NCBI GenBank assembly: GCA_963727775.1
Contig: CAVSHB010000003.1
Coordinates: 32,001 to 96,000, forward strand
Direction of reading: 5' to 3'
DNA length: 64,000 bases
Source of the DNA: an uncultured Nitrospiraceae bacterium
Lineage (GTDB): Bacteria > Nitrospirota > Thermodesulfovibrionia > Thermodesulfovibrionales > SM23-35
The position numbers and the translations under genes were made by a program. The notes under the pieces were generated by a model that made no database searches, was not told where the DNA came from, and was given only the letters and a program-made list of their open reading frames with translations. Positions 52,887 through 63,444 of the stretch are shown piece after piece (the stretch's first letter is position 1; each line of letters opens with the position of its first letter).

Positions 52887-54067
52887 TTTGTGTCCTCCGT
52901 TTTTTCTTTCCCGAGTGGGCTGATTATTCTGAGTTCCTTAACTATCTCAGCCAGTGTTCCGACTATATCGTCAACATCACTCATGGTGTTATAGCGTCCA
53001 AAGGTAAAGCGTATTGAGCCATGCGCCCTTTCATGGTCGCCGCCGATACCCATAATGACATGGCTACTTTCAAGAGATCGGCTGAAGCAAGCAGAACCGG
53101 TGCTTACGGCAAAACCATACATATCGAGATGCAGGGTAATGGATTCTCCCTCTACAAAATGAAAGGTAATATTGGCATTTTGTGGAAGCCGCTTCCATCG
53201 GTGACCATTGAGGGTTGTATTCGGTATTTCGGCAAGCATGCGGTCAATAATATGATCTCTCATTTCTTGTAGCATCCGGGTTTCTTCCGGGGTCACCAAT
53301 TCTACTGCTTGAGCAAAACCTACCGCACCCGGTATATTTTCCAGGCCTGCCCTAAGGTCGAATTCCTGGAATCCGCCATCCATCCACTTGACTATGGGTG
53401 TACCTTTTCTGATGTACAAGCCGCCAATACCTTTCGGGCCGTGGATTGTATGGGCGGACACAGTGATCAGATCCACCGGTATTTCTTTTACGTTAAGAGG
53501 CACTCTGGTAAAGGTATGCGTAGCGTCGCTATGAAAGAGGACTTCTTTCTCCCGACAGATACGGCCTATGCTTTCAATATCCTGTATGGTACCTATTTCC
53601 TGATTGGCGTGCTGAATGGAAACCAGGATGGTATTATCCGTTATAGAACCTTTAAGCTGATCAAGATCCACGAAACCATCATTATCTACATTAAGATAAG
53701 TTATTTGGAAGCCCTGTTTTTCCAGCGTTCTTGCACAATGAAGTACGGAGAAATCTTCAATTCTTGAAACTATTATATGCGTGCCTTTTTTCTTCCCAAG
53801 TGCCAAAGCTATGCCTTTAAGAGCAAAATTTGAAGATTCAGTGCTTCCCGAGGTAAAAATGAATTCTTCCTGATTTGCATTTAAAGAAGTACTGAGGTCA
53901 TTACGAACTTTATCCAGGGTCTCCCTGGCTTCAATCCCCTCGGAATAGGCAAATTCCGAGGTAGCAACTGCATAATTCTCGAAGAAGTAAGGTTTCATCG
54001 CCTCTAACACTCGTTCATCGACACGAGTAGCGGCAGCATTATCTAAATATACACGTCTGCTTTGCAT
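52883..54067 (-). CDS. iscS: IscS/NifS-like protein with a degenerate PLP site
   Basis: YLDNAA, FTSGSTE, GPKG, STGSAC, SIRFT; SAHK is SAHT. Confidence 0.85.
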   Translation of the reverse strand: MQSRRVYLDNAAATRVDERVLEAMKPYFFENYAVATSEFAYSEGIEARETLDKVRNDLSTSLNANQEEFIFTSGSTESSNFALKGIALALGKKKGTHIIVSRIEDFSVLHCARTLEKQGFQITYLNVDNDGFVDLDQLKGSITDNTILVSIQHANQEIGTIQDIESIGRICREKEVLFHSDATHTFTRVPLNVKEIPVDLITVSAHTIHGPKGIGGLYIRKGTPIVKWMDGGFQEFDLRAGLENIPGAVGFAQAVELVTPEETRMLQEMRDHIIDRMLAEIPNTTLNGHRWKRLPQNANITFHFVEGESITLHLDMYGFAVSTGSACFSRSLESSHVIMGIGGDHERAHGSIRFTFGRYNTMSDVDDIVGTLAEIVKELRIISPLGKEKTEDTK

Positions 54068-54080
54068 ATTTTTTCTTCCC

Positions 54081-54500
54081 TTAGATGAAGAGCGTTATCG
54101 TTGAATCTCTTGCCTCGCTCACATAAGTGCCGACTGCACAGTAATCAGATATAAGATCCTCACGCAGATCTTCTTTCTTTATTCCCATAATTTCCATAGT
54201 CATGTCACAAGCAAGTATTTTGCCGCCGAGTTCCTTGAAGTCCTGCAGAAGCCGTTCCAGAGAAGCTACACCGACCTTTTTCATCTTTAACTTTACCATC
54301 AGCTTACCTAACCCGAACATGTTCATCTTAGACAATGGTCCTTTTTCAAGTGCGCCTTTTTTCAAACGTTGAAGGCCCCAAAATGTAAAAAAGATTGATG
54401 CTTCCATCCCCATAGCTAACGACCCATTTGCAATAATTAAGGCACTATAGACTTTGTCCATATCGCCGCTATGTACTATTATAGTTGTTTTATCCGCCAT
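54081..54500 (-). CDS. DsrE2-like (DsrE/DsrF/DrsH) sulfurtransferase
   Basis: SGDMDK, FFTFWGL, AC.MTME.MG. Confidence 0.88.
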   Translation of the reverse strand: MADKTTIIVHSGDMDKVYSALIIANGSLAMGMEASIFFTFWGLQRLKKGALEKGPLSKMNMFGLGKLMVKLKMKKVGVASLERLLQDFKELGGKILACDMTMEIMGIKKEDLREDLISDYCAVGTYVSEARDSTITLFI

Positions 54501-54510
54501 GTCTATCCTC

Positions 54511-54732
54511 CTATCGGCGTATTCTTATTCTCCATACTCCATCTTTCTCTTGAATATCAAGCAACTCCAGTCCCAGAGCCTTAACTGCCATCGGTATCTC
54601 TTTCTTGGACGATGGATGAGTACCAATGACCTCTACGATATCACCTGATTTTGCTTTCCTTAGGGCTTTGCGAGTTTCCACCAAGGGAATCGGGCAGGTT
54701 TCCCCGGTACAATCTACTAGTATATCGGCCAT
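54511..54732 (-). CDS. tusA: TusA sulfur carrier
   Basis: DCTGETCPIP motif, 73 aa, GGAGG RBS. Confidence 0.9.
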   Translation of the reverse strand: MADILVDCTGETCPIPLVETRKALRKAKSGDIVEVIGTHPSSKKEIPMAVKALGLELLDIQEKDGVWRIRIRR

Positions 54733-55164
54733 TTCACATCACCTCCTGATACAGTCTTCTGTTTTAAATATAATTAAGATCTTTCTGGAATGCAATCCTA
54801 ATACTGTGAGCGGTGATAGGTTCACCAAACAGCAAATTTTCGGGTTAACCCATATGGGTGATTTACAAAAGATTGTTATCAACTGCTATAGTATTTACAT
54901 TAGGATATCCTCTTGGAAAACCTGAATTGCATACTACATGTCACAATTTAACTCAGAAGAATAGTAAAAAGCGTCTGCATCTGTTATGTAAAGCTGTAAA
55001 ACTGTGTGAGCTTTGTAACTTCTCATTTGACATAAAAAAACTTTTTATTAGGAGTGGGACCCTGTCACTGTCTTCTTTTCTATGAGCATCTTCTATTAGA
55101 GGGTAGGGTAAGGATAGGGCCCAACGAGGGGATATCTGTGAATGGAGTGCAGCGGAGATGAGCA

Positions 55165-55704
55165 GTGAATAGGATCGACACCAATATGCTGATGAAAATA
55201 AAGAGATCGCTGCTGACTTGTCTTGAGCAGCTGGAAAATGAAGCCATAATACTTATTGATGCAGAAGGAAAGCACTGGGTCAATGATTTGGCGAGAAAAA
55301 TTATTGCTCAAAGAGGGCTAGCCGTCGAAGAGTTCACAGAATGGATCAAGCTCGGTTCATCTCACCTGCAAGACATCTCATACCACGACATCTGTGTCCA
55401 TCTGTGCAGGTTGCCGAATAAAGAAGTGATTTCGATTCTCAAGCCTGAGTGTAAAGACCTCGGGACTATAAAAGATGTCAATCTTACCGAGAAACAGAAA
55501 GAAATCTTGCGTTACGTTTTGGTTGGGTTTACGAACAAAGAAATAGCATATAGAATGAACCTAAGTCCCAGTACGATCAATACCCACCTTGACAATATTT
55601 ACTCGAAGCTTGGGTGCTCGTATAGGCTTGAAGCTTCGCTTATTGCGCTCAAAAATGGTCTTTTTCTTCATTCTCGTAAGATTCTGTCAAAAGAAAAGAG
55701 TTAA
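55165..55704 (+). CDS. LuxR-type HTH regulator without a REC domain
   Basis: LTEKQKEIL..G.TNKEIA..L.LS.STINTH..NIYSKLG. Confidence 0.85.
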   Translation: MNRIDTNMLMKIKRSLLTCLEQLENEAIILIDAEGKHWVNDLARKIIAQRGLAVEEFTEWIKLGSSHLQDISYHDICVHLCRLPNKEVISILKPECKDLGTIKDVNLTEKQKEILRYVLVGFTNKEIAYRMNLSPSTINTHLDNIYSKLGCSYRLEASLIALKNGLFLHSRKILSKEKS

Positions 55705-55777
55705 ATGCAAGTAATGTAGGGTGGTCACTTGTGGAGGACCCCTTGCATTATCTCCGGGAGGCGTTCGATATCATCTC

Positions 55778-57769
55778 ATGGACATACATAAAATAGATAC
55801 AACATTATCTTGGCTGCAGAAAAATGTGGCGACCCAAGCCGGCGCTTATCTTTCTATCTATGGATCCGATGGGACTGCAATTCTTACGCCTGTCAATGAG
55901 AATAGCTTCCTTTCACATATCCGCTCCACTCCGATGGGAAAGGGGACATATGAAGCTTTCATTAGAAAGAACATTGCCGAGTCTATTAAAAGCAACGACG
56001 TTTCCATTGTTATGGGTCCTGCAAAAGAATATCATTTCTTCGTCCCTATACCGTCAAATAATTTGGTCTTTGTCCTTGCAGGCGGCGGAACATATCTGTC
56101 TTTTCAGGAGTTTGAAACATTTTTTAGAGATGAAGGATATCTCTACGGCCTCAATCTCGAACACCTGAAAGAGTGGAGCATCGAAATCGGAGTTGCTGAT
56201 CGGGAGAATCTTCTGAAAAAGGCAAGCCATTTAAATTCCATATTTCATCTTTGCATAGGAACCAGCAAGCGCCAGGCCTTCACAGAGAAGAGGCATTGTA
56301 TGATGAAAATGATGCTGGGGCTTTTGTCTGGTGACGATTTGTGTGTCCGGGAAGAGGAAATTTATGTCCTCTTTTTAGACCTCATGCTCTTCCTGCTTAA
56401 TGTCGAGGGTGTCTCCGTGGCAATGCACCACAAAGGCAGCTTCACAATAAAGGGTACTGACGGTATGACAGCTGATCGGCTCCGGTACCTGGCGCAGAAG
56501 CACAGCGGGACCATCTCGGAGGTTCTGGAGAAAGGCCATCCTGTTCATTCGGAATCTGTCACGAAGATCATGCGCTCGGATTTCGGAGAAGAGATTACCT
56601 CGCTTCAAGCATTTCCTCTGCCCTGGAATGAGTGGATTCTATTACTTTTGAACTCGGATATCTGTAGCGAGGACGAAGCTTTAATATACGAGCTATGCCG
56701 GATGGCGGGTTTCCTTCTCAGGCTGGCCGCATTGCAGAATTCTCAAATGAAGTGTCTTCAGAATATCGACATCTTGCATGCAGCGACGGCACGAGTTATG
56801 TCTGTAAAGGATATGGAAATGCTCTGTGATACCATATTGGATACCTCGATGCGTCTTGTAAGTGCTCAAAGAGGTTCCTGCATGCTTGTTGATAGGGATA
56901 CGCCCGACCTCACAATTAAGGCATCGCGGGGAATCCATAAACGGATATTGGATGAACTCCGGATACGGGCCGGTGAAGGCATCGCGGGTAGGGTATTCAG
57001 TGAAGGTGAGCCCCTGCTCGTGCTTGACATCAAGAAATACAATAAAGTTTTTGCAAAGAAGCGCCCGGAATACACGACAGACTCTTTTATTAGTGTCCCC
57101 TTGATATTGGGACAAGAAACAATAGGAGTTTTGAATGTCTCCGATAAAATAACGGGAGAGAGTTTCTCTATAGAAGACCTTTGCCTTCTCCGGTCCTTCG
57201 CATCATGTGCGTCGATAGCTCTTGAACGCTCAAATTACTACGAATTCGCCAGGAACATGAAGGACCTATCTATAATTGATCCCCTCACAGAGCTTTTCAA
57301 TAAACGGTATTTCGATGAAAAGTTTTACAAAGAGATCGAGCGGGCAAAACGTTATGATTTATCTTTCTCTCTCGCTATGATCGATATCGATGATTTCAAG
57401 TTATTTAATGACACCGAGGGACACCTTGCCGGCGACGAAGTTCTGAAATGTATCGCACATCATATGAGAGAGTGTCTGCGGATGATAGATGTTGTTGCCC
57501 GGTTCGGCGGGGAAGAATTTGTAGTTGTCATGTCGCAGACGACAAAAGAAGAGGCCTTACTTGTTTCAGAGAGAATAAGAACAACCGTCAAACAAGAGAT
57601 ACCCCGCATATGGCGTAATTATCCGAAGGAGCAATTGACCGTAAGTATCGGAATCGCGGCTTTTCCCGACGATGGTGAAGACGGGAAAGAATTGCTGGAG
57701 AATGCGGACCGGGCGCTGTACAGGGCAAAACTGGAAGGTAAAGACAGAACAGTCCTATGGGAAGCATGA
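55778..57769 (+). CDS. GAF-containing diguanylate cyclase (start may be 55721)
   Basis: GEGIAG GAF; DPLT, DIDDFK..ND..GH..GD, RMID..RFGGEEF. Confidence 0.9.
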   Translation: MDIHKIDTTLSWLQKNVATQAGAYLSIYGSDGTAILTPVNENSFLSHIRSTPMGKGTYEAFIRKNIAESIKSNDVSIVMGPAKEYHFFVPIPSNNLVFVLAGGGTYLSFQEFETFFRDEGYLYGLNLEHLKEWSIEIGVADRENLLKKASHLNSIFHLCIGTSKRQAFTEKRHCMMKMMLGLLSGDDLCVREEEIYVLFLDLMLFLLNVEGVSVAMHHKGSFTIKGTDGMTADRLRYLAQKHSGTISEVLEKGHPVHSESVTKIMRSDFGEEITSLQAFPLPWNEWILLLLNSDICSEDEALIYELCRMAGFLLRLAALQNSQMKCLQNIDILHAATARVMSVKDMEMLCDTILDTSMRLVSAQRGSCMLVDRDTPDLTIKASRGIHKRILDELRIRAGEGIAGRVFSEGEPLLVLDIKKYNKVFAKKRPEYTTDSFISVPLILGQETIGVLNVSDKITGESFSIEDLCLLRSFASCASIALERSNYYEFARNMKDLSIIDPLTELFNKRYFDEKFYKEIERAKRYDLSFSLAMIDIDDFKLFNDTEGHLAGDEVLKCIAHHMRECLRMIDVVARFGGEEFVVVMSQTTKEEALLVSERIRTTVKQEIPRIWRNYPKEQLTVSIGIAAFPDDGEDGKELLENADRALYRAKLEGKDRTVLWEA

Positions 57770-57814
57770 AGGACATAGATAAAACAAGGGAGCAGAAGTG
57801 ATGGAGATGAACCA

Positions 57815-59667
57815 GTGGATTTCCAGGCCGGAAATGTCATGAAAAATGAGCCGCATGCATTAATAGAATGCATCATAAACGGCATATCCGAATCGATTAT
57901 CGTTATCAGCAACGAGCGCCGAATAAAGTGGATCAATAGGGCGGCCCGTGAGTTTCTCTTTGGCGGTGGCTCCCCTTTGAATGCCGTCCCGTGTTATGAG
58001 TGCTTCCACAAAAAGAAGATACCCTGTGATGGAGCAGATTACGACTGTCCGTTGACAAGGTGTTACTTATCTCGTGAGCCGGTGACCGTTGTTCATGAAC
58101 ATTTCAGATTTGACGGACAAAAACGTCTTCTTGAAATTGTATCATCTCCTCTCTGGGACGAGGAAGGTGTTTTTCAGGGAATCATCCAAGTGGCCCGCGA
58201 TATAACCGAACAAAAGAAGAGTACCGAACAAATTAACTTTTTAGCATCCATAATTCAGACCATTCCGGATGCGGTCTGTTCTATCGACTTGGACGGCATT
58301 ATACGTACATGGAATAAGGGCGCCGAAAAAATGTTGGGCTATAAAGGGGAGGAACTCCTGGGGAAGCATATTACCACTATTATGCCCAAGAGTGAACTTG
58401 ATCATTGTCTGACTGTACTAAATACAGAGGGATTTTTCGCAGGCTATGAGTCTGTAAGGATAGCAAAGGATGGGAGGGTTGTGCCTGTAGAAGTTACCGG
58501 CATAGCCATAAAAGATAAAGACCGAAAGGTTATAGGCTATGCTTCTATAGCGCGGGATATTACCGAGCGCAAGAGAATGGAAAAAGCTTTAAGGAATAGC
58601 GAAGAATATTTTCGGGCGTTGACTGAAAACGCCTCGGATATCATCACTATTGTCGATGCAAATGGAATCATTCTATATAAAAGCCCTTCCAGCGAACGTG
58701 TTCTTGGGTATAAGAGGGAGGAATTAATCGGCAAGGACAGCTTTGAGCTGGTTCATCCGGACGATAAATCCACTGCTATGCACGCCTTTGCCGAGAGTCT
58801 GCGCAACCCCTGCATTCCCTTCTCTGTGAGGATACGTTTTCTCCATAAAAACGGGACATGGCGTATCCTTGAAGTTGTCGGAGATAACCTTCTTGATAAT
58901 GCGGCGGTTAAAGGCATAGTCCTCAATAGCCGTGACATTACTGAGCGCGAAAATGCAGCGTGGAAACTGAAAGAAACAACTGAGGAACTGGCACGTTCCA
59001 ATACCGACTTGCAGCAGTTTGCCTATGCAGCCGCACATGACCTGCAGGAACCCTTGCATATAATCGAGGGCTTTGTAAAATTATTGTCCCGCCGTTACAA
59101 AAACAAACTCGATACAAAAGCCGACGAGTTTATTTTATACACTCTTGAGGGCGTGTACAGGATGCAGGAACTTATTAAAGATTTATTGGAATATTCTAAA
59201 GTGGGCACAAAAGGGATTGTCTTGAAACCCCTGATTCTTCGCTTGCCTTAAAAAAGGCGCTTTTAAATCTGAAAGCAGCCATTGAAGGAAACAGTGCAAT
59301 AATCACACATGGGGAGCTTCCGACTGTGATAGTTGATATCCAGCAGATGAGCATCTTGTTCCAGAACCTGATAAGCAATGCAATAAAATTCCACGGCAGC
59401 GAGGCGCCGAGGGTTCATATTTCGGCTGTAAGAAAGGAAAATGAGTGGGAATTCTCAGTCAAAGATAATGGGATCGGAATAGACCCAAAAGAAGCTGAAA
59501 GGATATTCATTGTGTTTCAGCGCCTTCACCCCAAAGCCGAGTATCCCGGGACAGGCATAGGTCTTGCAACCTGTAAGCGGATAGTCGAACGCCATGGCGG
59601 CAGAATTTGGGTGGAACCGGAGCTTATGAAGGGATCGGCCTTTTACTTTACGGTTCCTGATAGATAG
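57815..59667 (+). pseudogene. Triple-PAS sensor histidine kinase, frameshifted between HisKA and HATPase
   Basis: HDLQEP in 57815-59251; NLISNAIK, DNGIG, GTGIGL continue in another frame; break at AAACCCCTGAT ~59226-59235. Confidence 0.85.
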
Positions 59668-59760
59668 AAAAGTTCCTGAGGCTTTCTCACAAAGTAAGTT
59701 CGCCTTGAGAGAAAGTTTATATAGTGGTAATATCGGAATTAAGAGGCCAAAGAGATAGAA

Positions 59761-61689
59761 ATGAAAGATGAAAATAAAACGAAAAAGCAGCTTATAGATG
59801 AATTAATTGAGCTGCGCACGAAAACCGGCGATGCGAGAGAGTTGAGAAGCATCAGCATGGAACTGGCGATAAGCTTGTCCGAGGTCTTCGACGCATTAAA
59901 GAAGATAGCTGCCGGAGATCCTGACGTAAGTATATCGGAAGCATCGGAAGTTGAGTTAATTTCACTGTTAAAGCACATGGTCAATAGCGCAGCAGGGGAG
60001 ATCAGGGCAATGGTTGATCAATGTCATGAGTTTGCCATAAGCCTGTGTGAGCATTTTGATGTATTGAAAAGGGTCTCCAGGGGAGAGCTTGAGGCAAGGG
60101 TTTCGGGAAAATCAAAGATAGAACTATTAGAAGCTCTAAAATATGTGACAAACGAGACGATAGAGAGTATCGATAGGGCAATCACTGAACGTAATAGGTA
60201 TGAGAAGGTTATAGAAGATCTCCGGCGTCAACACGAGCTAATTTTGAATTCGGCTGGAGAAGGGATACTGGGGTTGAATACATCAGGGAAGCACACCTTT
60301 GTTAATCCTGCCGCGGCTAAAATGCTCGGCTACGAAGTTGAAGAACTTATAGGCAAGCATAGCCATACAACCTGGCATCATACGAAAGCGGATGGAAGTC
60401 CATTCCCGGAAGAAGAATGCCCGATTTATGCGGTGTATAAGGACGGTGTTGTTCATCATATGGTCGAGGAAGTTTTCTGGAGAAAGGACGGGACCAGTTT
60501 CACAGTGGAATGTACCAGTACTCCTATCTTAGAAGGCGGCAATCTTGTCGGCGCAGTCGTAAATTTCAGGAACATCACCAAGCGCAAAATGGCGGACGAA
60601 CAGATTCGTAACCAGTTACGCCATCTTGCGGCCCTGCGCGACATAGACAGAGCAATCACCTCCAGCCTTGATCTGCAATTCACCCTTAAGGTCGTTCTGG
60701 AAGAGGTTACGGCGCAATTGCAGGTCAGCGCTGCCGACGTTCTGCTTTTCAAACCGAACATGAAAACGCTCGAATACGCTGCCGGCCTCGGCTTCCGCAC
60801 ATCTGCCCTCCAGCATACTGAACTGAAGCTCGGCCAAGGCTATGCAGGACGCGCCGCAATTGAGCGCCGTATTATTAAAATTACTGATCTATCCACTGTT
60901 GAGAGCGATCTTGCACAGGCGCCGTTGCTAAAGTCTGAAGGGTTCGTCAGTTATTTTGGAGTACCGCTGATCGCTAAAGGGCAGGTAAAAGGTGTTCTGG
61001 AAATCTTCCACCGTTCACTATTGAAACCTGACGGAGAATGGCTGGGCTTTCTTGAAGCCTTAGCAGTACAGGCTGCCATCGCTATAGATAACGCAGAACT
61101 GTTCAATGAGCTTCAGCGCTCAAACATTGAGCTTACACTTGCATACGATGCAACCATCGAAGGCTGGTCACATGCGCTTGACATGCGTGACAGAGAGACA
61201 GAAGGTCATTCTCAACGGGTCACGGAGCTGACTGTAAAAATAGCTCAGGCCATGGGCGTCAGCGATCTTGAACTCGTACATATGCGCAGAGGCGCATTGC
61301 TGCATGATATCGGTAAAATGGGAATACCGGACAATATTCTTATGAAGCAGGACAGACTGACCGATGAGGAACAACAATTAATGCGTAATCATACTATGTC
61401 CGCCTATGAAATGCTTTCGCAAATTACATTCCTGAGACCGGCCCTCGACATACCTTACTGTCATCACGAGAAATGGAATGGCACAGGTTATCCCCGCGGA
61501 CTAAAGGCAAAGCAGATTCCCCTTTCTGCCCGCATTTTTGCGGTAGTGGATGTATGGGATGCATTATGTTCTGAACGCCCGTATCGTCCTGCATGGTCTA
61601 AAGCGGAAGCAAGGGAATACATAAAGCAGCAGGCCGGCATTCATTTCGATCCGGACGTTGTGAAAATATTTTTAGCAATGGAGTGGTAG
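59761..61689 (+). CDS. PAS-GAF-HD-GYP c-di-GMP phosphodiesterase
   Basis: PAS, GAF, GHS, LHDIGK, HHEKWNGTGYP. Confidence 0.92.
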   Translation: MKDENKTKKQLIDELIELRTKTGDARELRSISMELAISLSEVFDALKKIAAGDPDVSISEASEVELISLLKHMVNSAAGEIRAMVDQCHEFAISLCEHFDVLKRVSRGELEARVSGKSKIELLEALKYVTNETIESIDRAITERNRYEKVIEDLRRQHELILNSAGEGILGLNTSGKHTFVNPAAAKMLGYEVEELIGKHSHTTWHHTKADGSPFPEEECPIYAVYKDGVVHHMVEEVFWRKDGTSFTVECTSTPILEGGNLVGAVVNFRNITKRKMADEQIRNQLRHLAALRDIDRAITSSLDLQFTLKVVLEEVTAQLQVSAADVLLFKPNMKTLEYAAGLGFRTSALQHTELKLGQGYAGRAAIERRIIKITDLSTVESDLAQAPLLKSEGFVSYFGVPLIAKGQVKGVLEIFHRSLLKPDGEWLGFLEALAVQAAIAIDNAELFNELQRSNIELTLAYDATIEGWSHALDMRDRETEGHSQRVTELTVKIAQAMGVSDLELVHMRRGALLHDIGKMGIPDNILMKQDRLTDEEQQLMRNHTMSAYEMLSQITFLRPALDIPYCHHEKWNGTGYPRGLKAKQIPLSARIFAVVDVWDALCSERPYRPAWSKAEAREYIKQQAGIHFDPDVVKIFLAMEW

Positions 61690-61819
61690 CTTTTAGGAGG
61701 TGAAAGAAATAGGGAATTGAACAGATATTGAAAATTTATGTTTTACCTGTTTCTGTGAGAAAGTAGTAAGCTTAGATTGCTATATGAAATTGTTCCTTAG
61801 AAACGAAAAGGCAAGTTTT

Positions 61820-62581
61820 CTATGATGCAGCCTTGCTCAATTTATGACGCATAATGCCGATGTACTTGTTGATAGGGTTTGATCTTTGAAGATACGGTAT
61901 AACGGGAGTTCTGCGGATACCTATTTTTTTTACTTCCCAGAGAAGGTCCTTATTTTCCCTATTATATGAAAGGCCCTTTTGAAAGGAATTGATCGCTTTA
62001 TGTTTTTTACCCGACGCAAGGTGTGCCCTGCCGAGGTTGAGATAGAATGTAGGTAGATATATCTCCCGCCCGAAGGTCATTTTATCATTCAGCATCTCTA
62101 TTGCCCTCGCACATGTACCGATACCATAGGAGTAATTTTTATTAACGACTGTCTCAAGACAGCCGTAATAAGAAAGAAGGAAGGGGTCATCAGGATATTT
62201 TTTAAGGGCATGCATAAGTATTTCAAGTGCAGCCTTTTTATTTTTTCTCTGAAGCAGGTCTTTTACTTCATCAAGATAATCTGATGGGGTCTTCGATCTT
62301 CTGCTCTGCTCTTTTCTGAGTGTTTCGAGAATTGTCTCGTGCTGCCTGTGAATAAGTTCTGAAATTATTTTATCGGAGTCGGGTTTATTCATAATGGTAC
62401 TGCAGTCTATATTTCTTGTCGATATTATCTTTCCCCCAAGATAAAGATTTGTAGTAATTAATCTATTTGCAGGATTCAGGTCTTCTGTCAGGATCATGTA
62501 TTTCTTGCCGCTGACAACAACCTTCGTAATTATTTCTTTGAACAGGCTCGACCTAATTTTTATCGCATCTTTTTCTTTCAA
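61820..62581 (-). CDS. TPR-containing protein
   Basis: C-terminal TPR-like helices (YLNLGRAHL..G....A). Confidence 0.7.
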   Translation of the reverse strand: MKEKDAIKIRSSLFKEIITKVVVSGKKYMILTEDLNPANRLITTNLYLGGKIISTRNIDCSTIMNKPDSDKIISELIHRQHETILETLRKEQSRRSKTPSDYLDEVKDLLQRKNKKAALEILMHALKKYPDDPFLLSYYGCLETVVNKNYSYGIGTCARAIEMLNDKMTFGREIYLPTFYLNLGRAHLASGKKHKAINSFQKGLSYNRENKDLLWEVKKIGIRRTPVIPYLQRSNPINKYIGIMRHKLSKAAS

Positions 62582-62663
62582 ATTATACTGTATGATAATT
62601 TTTGTAAATTTTACTGTATTTATTTAGTTTACAACTTTTGAGGAAAAAATGTTTTGCGGATGG

Positions 62664-62692
62664 AAAAAAATTAGGGCAGGTAGAACCTGCCC
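62664..62692 (-). terminator. Intrinsic terminator
   Basis: GGGCAGG-TTCTA-CCTGCCC hairpin followed by TAATTTTTTT. Confidence 0.7.
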
Positions 62693-62750
62693 CCGAATTG
62701 CCTCCGGGGTTCGCCTGTCACTACCCAGAGGATATGCGGTGTTTGACCCA
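62664..62750 (-). ncRNA. Candidate small RNA (~85 nt)
   Basis: GC-rich structured segment between a sigma54 motif and a terminator, no convincing ORF. Confidence 0.45.
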
Positions 62751-62760
62751 ACATATAAAA

Positions 62761-62777
62761 AGCAAAACATATGCCAA
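62761..62777 (-). promoter_or_regulatory. Sigma54 (-24/-12) promoter
   Basis: Minus strand TTGGCATATGTTTTGCT: GG-N10-GC. Confidence 0.65.
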
Positions 62778-62934
62778 AATAGAACTTCTTGATTTATCAA
62801 GATTATTGAAATTCTAAGAGATGAGATCTCGGACAATATGACTTATCGTCAGGGCATATTATCCTTATTGCAATTTACGATAAAACGATATTAAAATGCA
62901 GTTAATAACACAAAAATCTTTTAAAGTTTGATAT

Positions 62935-63267
62935 ATGAGATGCCCTAATTGTGATAATGAATTAGACGAAAAACATATCTGCAGCAAATGCGGGAAGAAG
63001 ATAACAGTTCCGGAACCGGGGATAGAGGTCGAATACAAAGAGTTTAAGGTATCCGAATTCCTGGAAATACGCCGGAAACAGCAAACATCACTTGATTCAG
63101 GAGAAGGGAAAGCAGAAAACAAGGACATTCAAGAACGGAGAAAATATCATTGGATCAGAGGAATTTCGTCGACCGATAACAAACTGTTAATTGTTTCAGT
63201 TGCGGTTTTCCTGATTATAGCAGTAAGCATCGGCGCCTTTTACGCTCTGCAATTTCTTCTTAAATAG
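62935..63267 (+). CDS. Hypothetical protein: N-terminal Zn ribbon, C-terminal TM
   Basis: CPNC...CSKC; hydrophobic C-terminus. Confidence 0.65.
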   Translation: MRCPNCDNELDEKHICSKCGKKITVPEPGIEVEYKEFKVSEFLEIRRKQQTSLDSGEGKAENKDIQERRKYHWIRGISSTDNKLLIVSVAVFLIIAVSIGAFYALQFLLK

Positions 63268-63444
63268 AGTCTGTCCATAAACTACCGTTTCCTAATTTAC
63301 GAACAGAAAACTGTCCCGGCAGTGCCGGTACCTGTTCGGATTGTGGTCCTTATACTTCAAAAAGCATGCTGTCGTCATATTTTTCATGATTTCGGACGTG
63401 GATATCCCTTTATGCTCCTTTTGTGATCTGCCTTTCGCCTGTCT

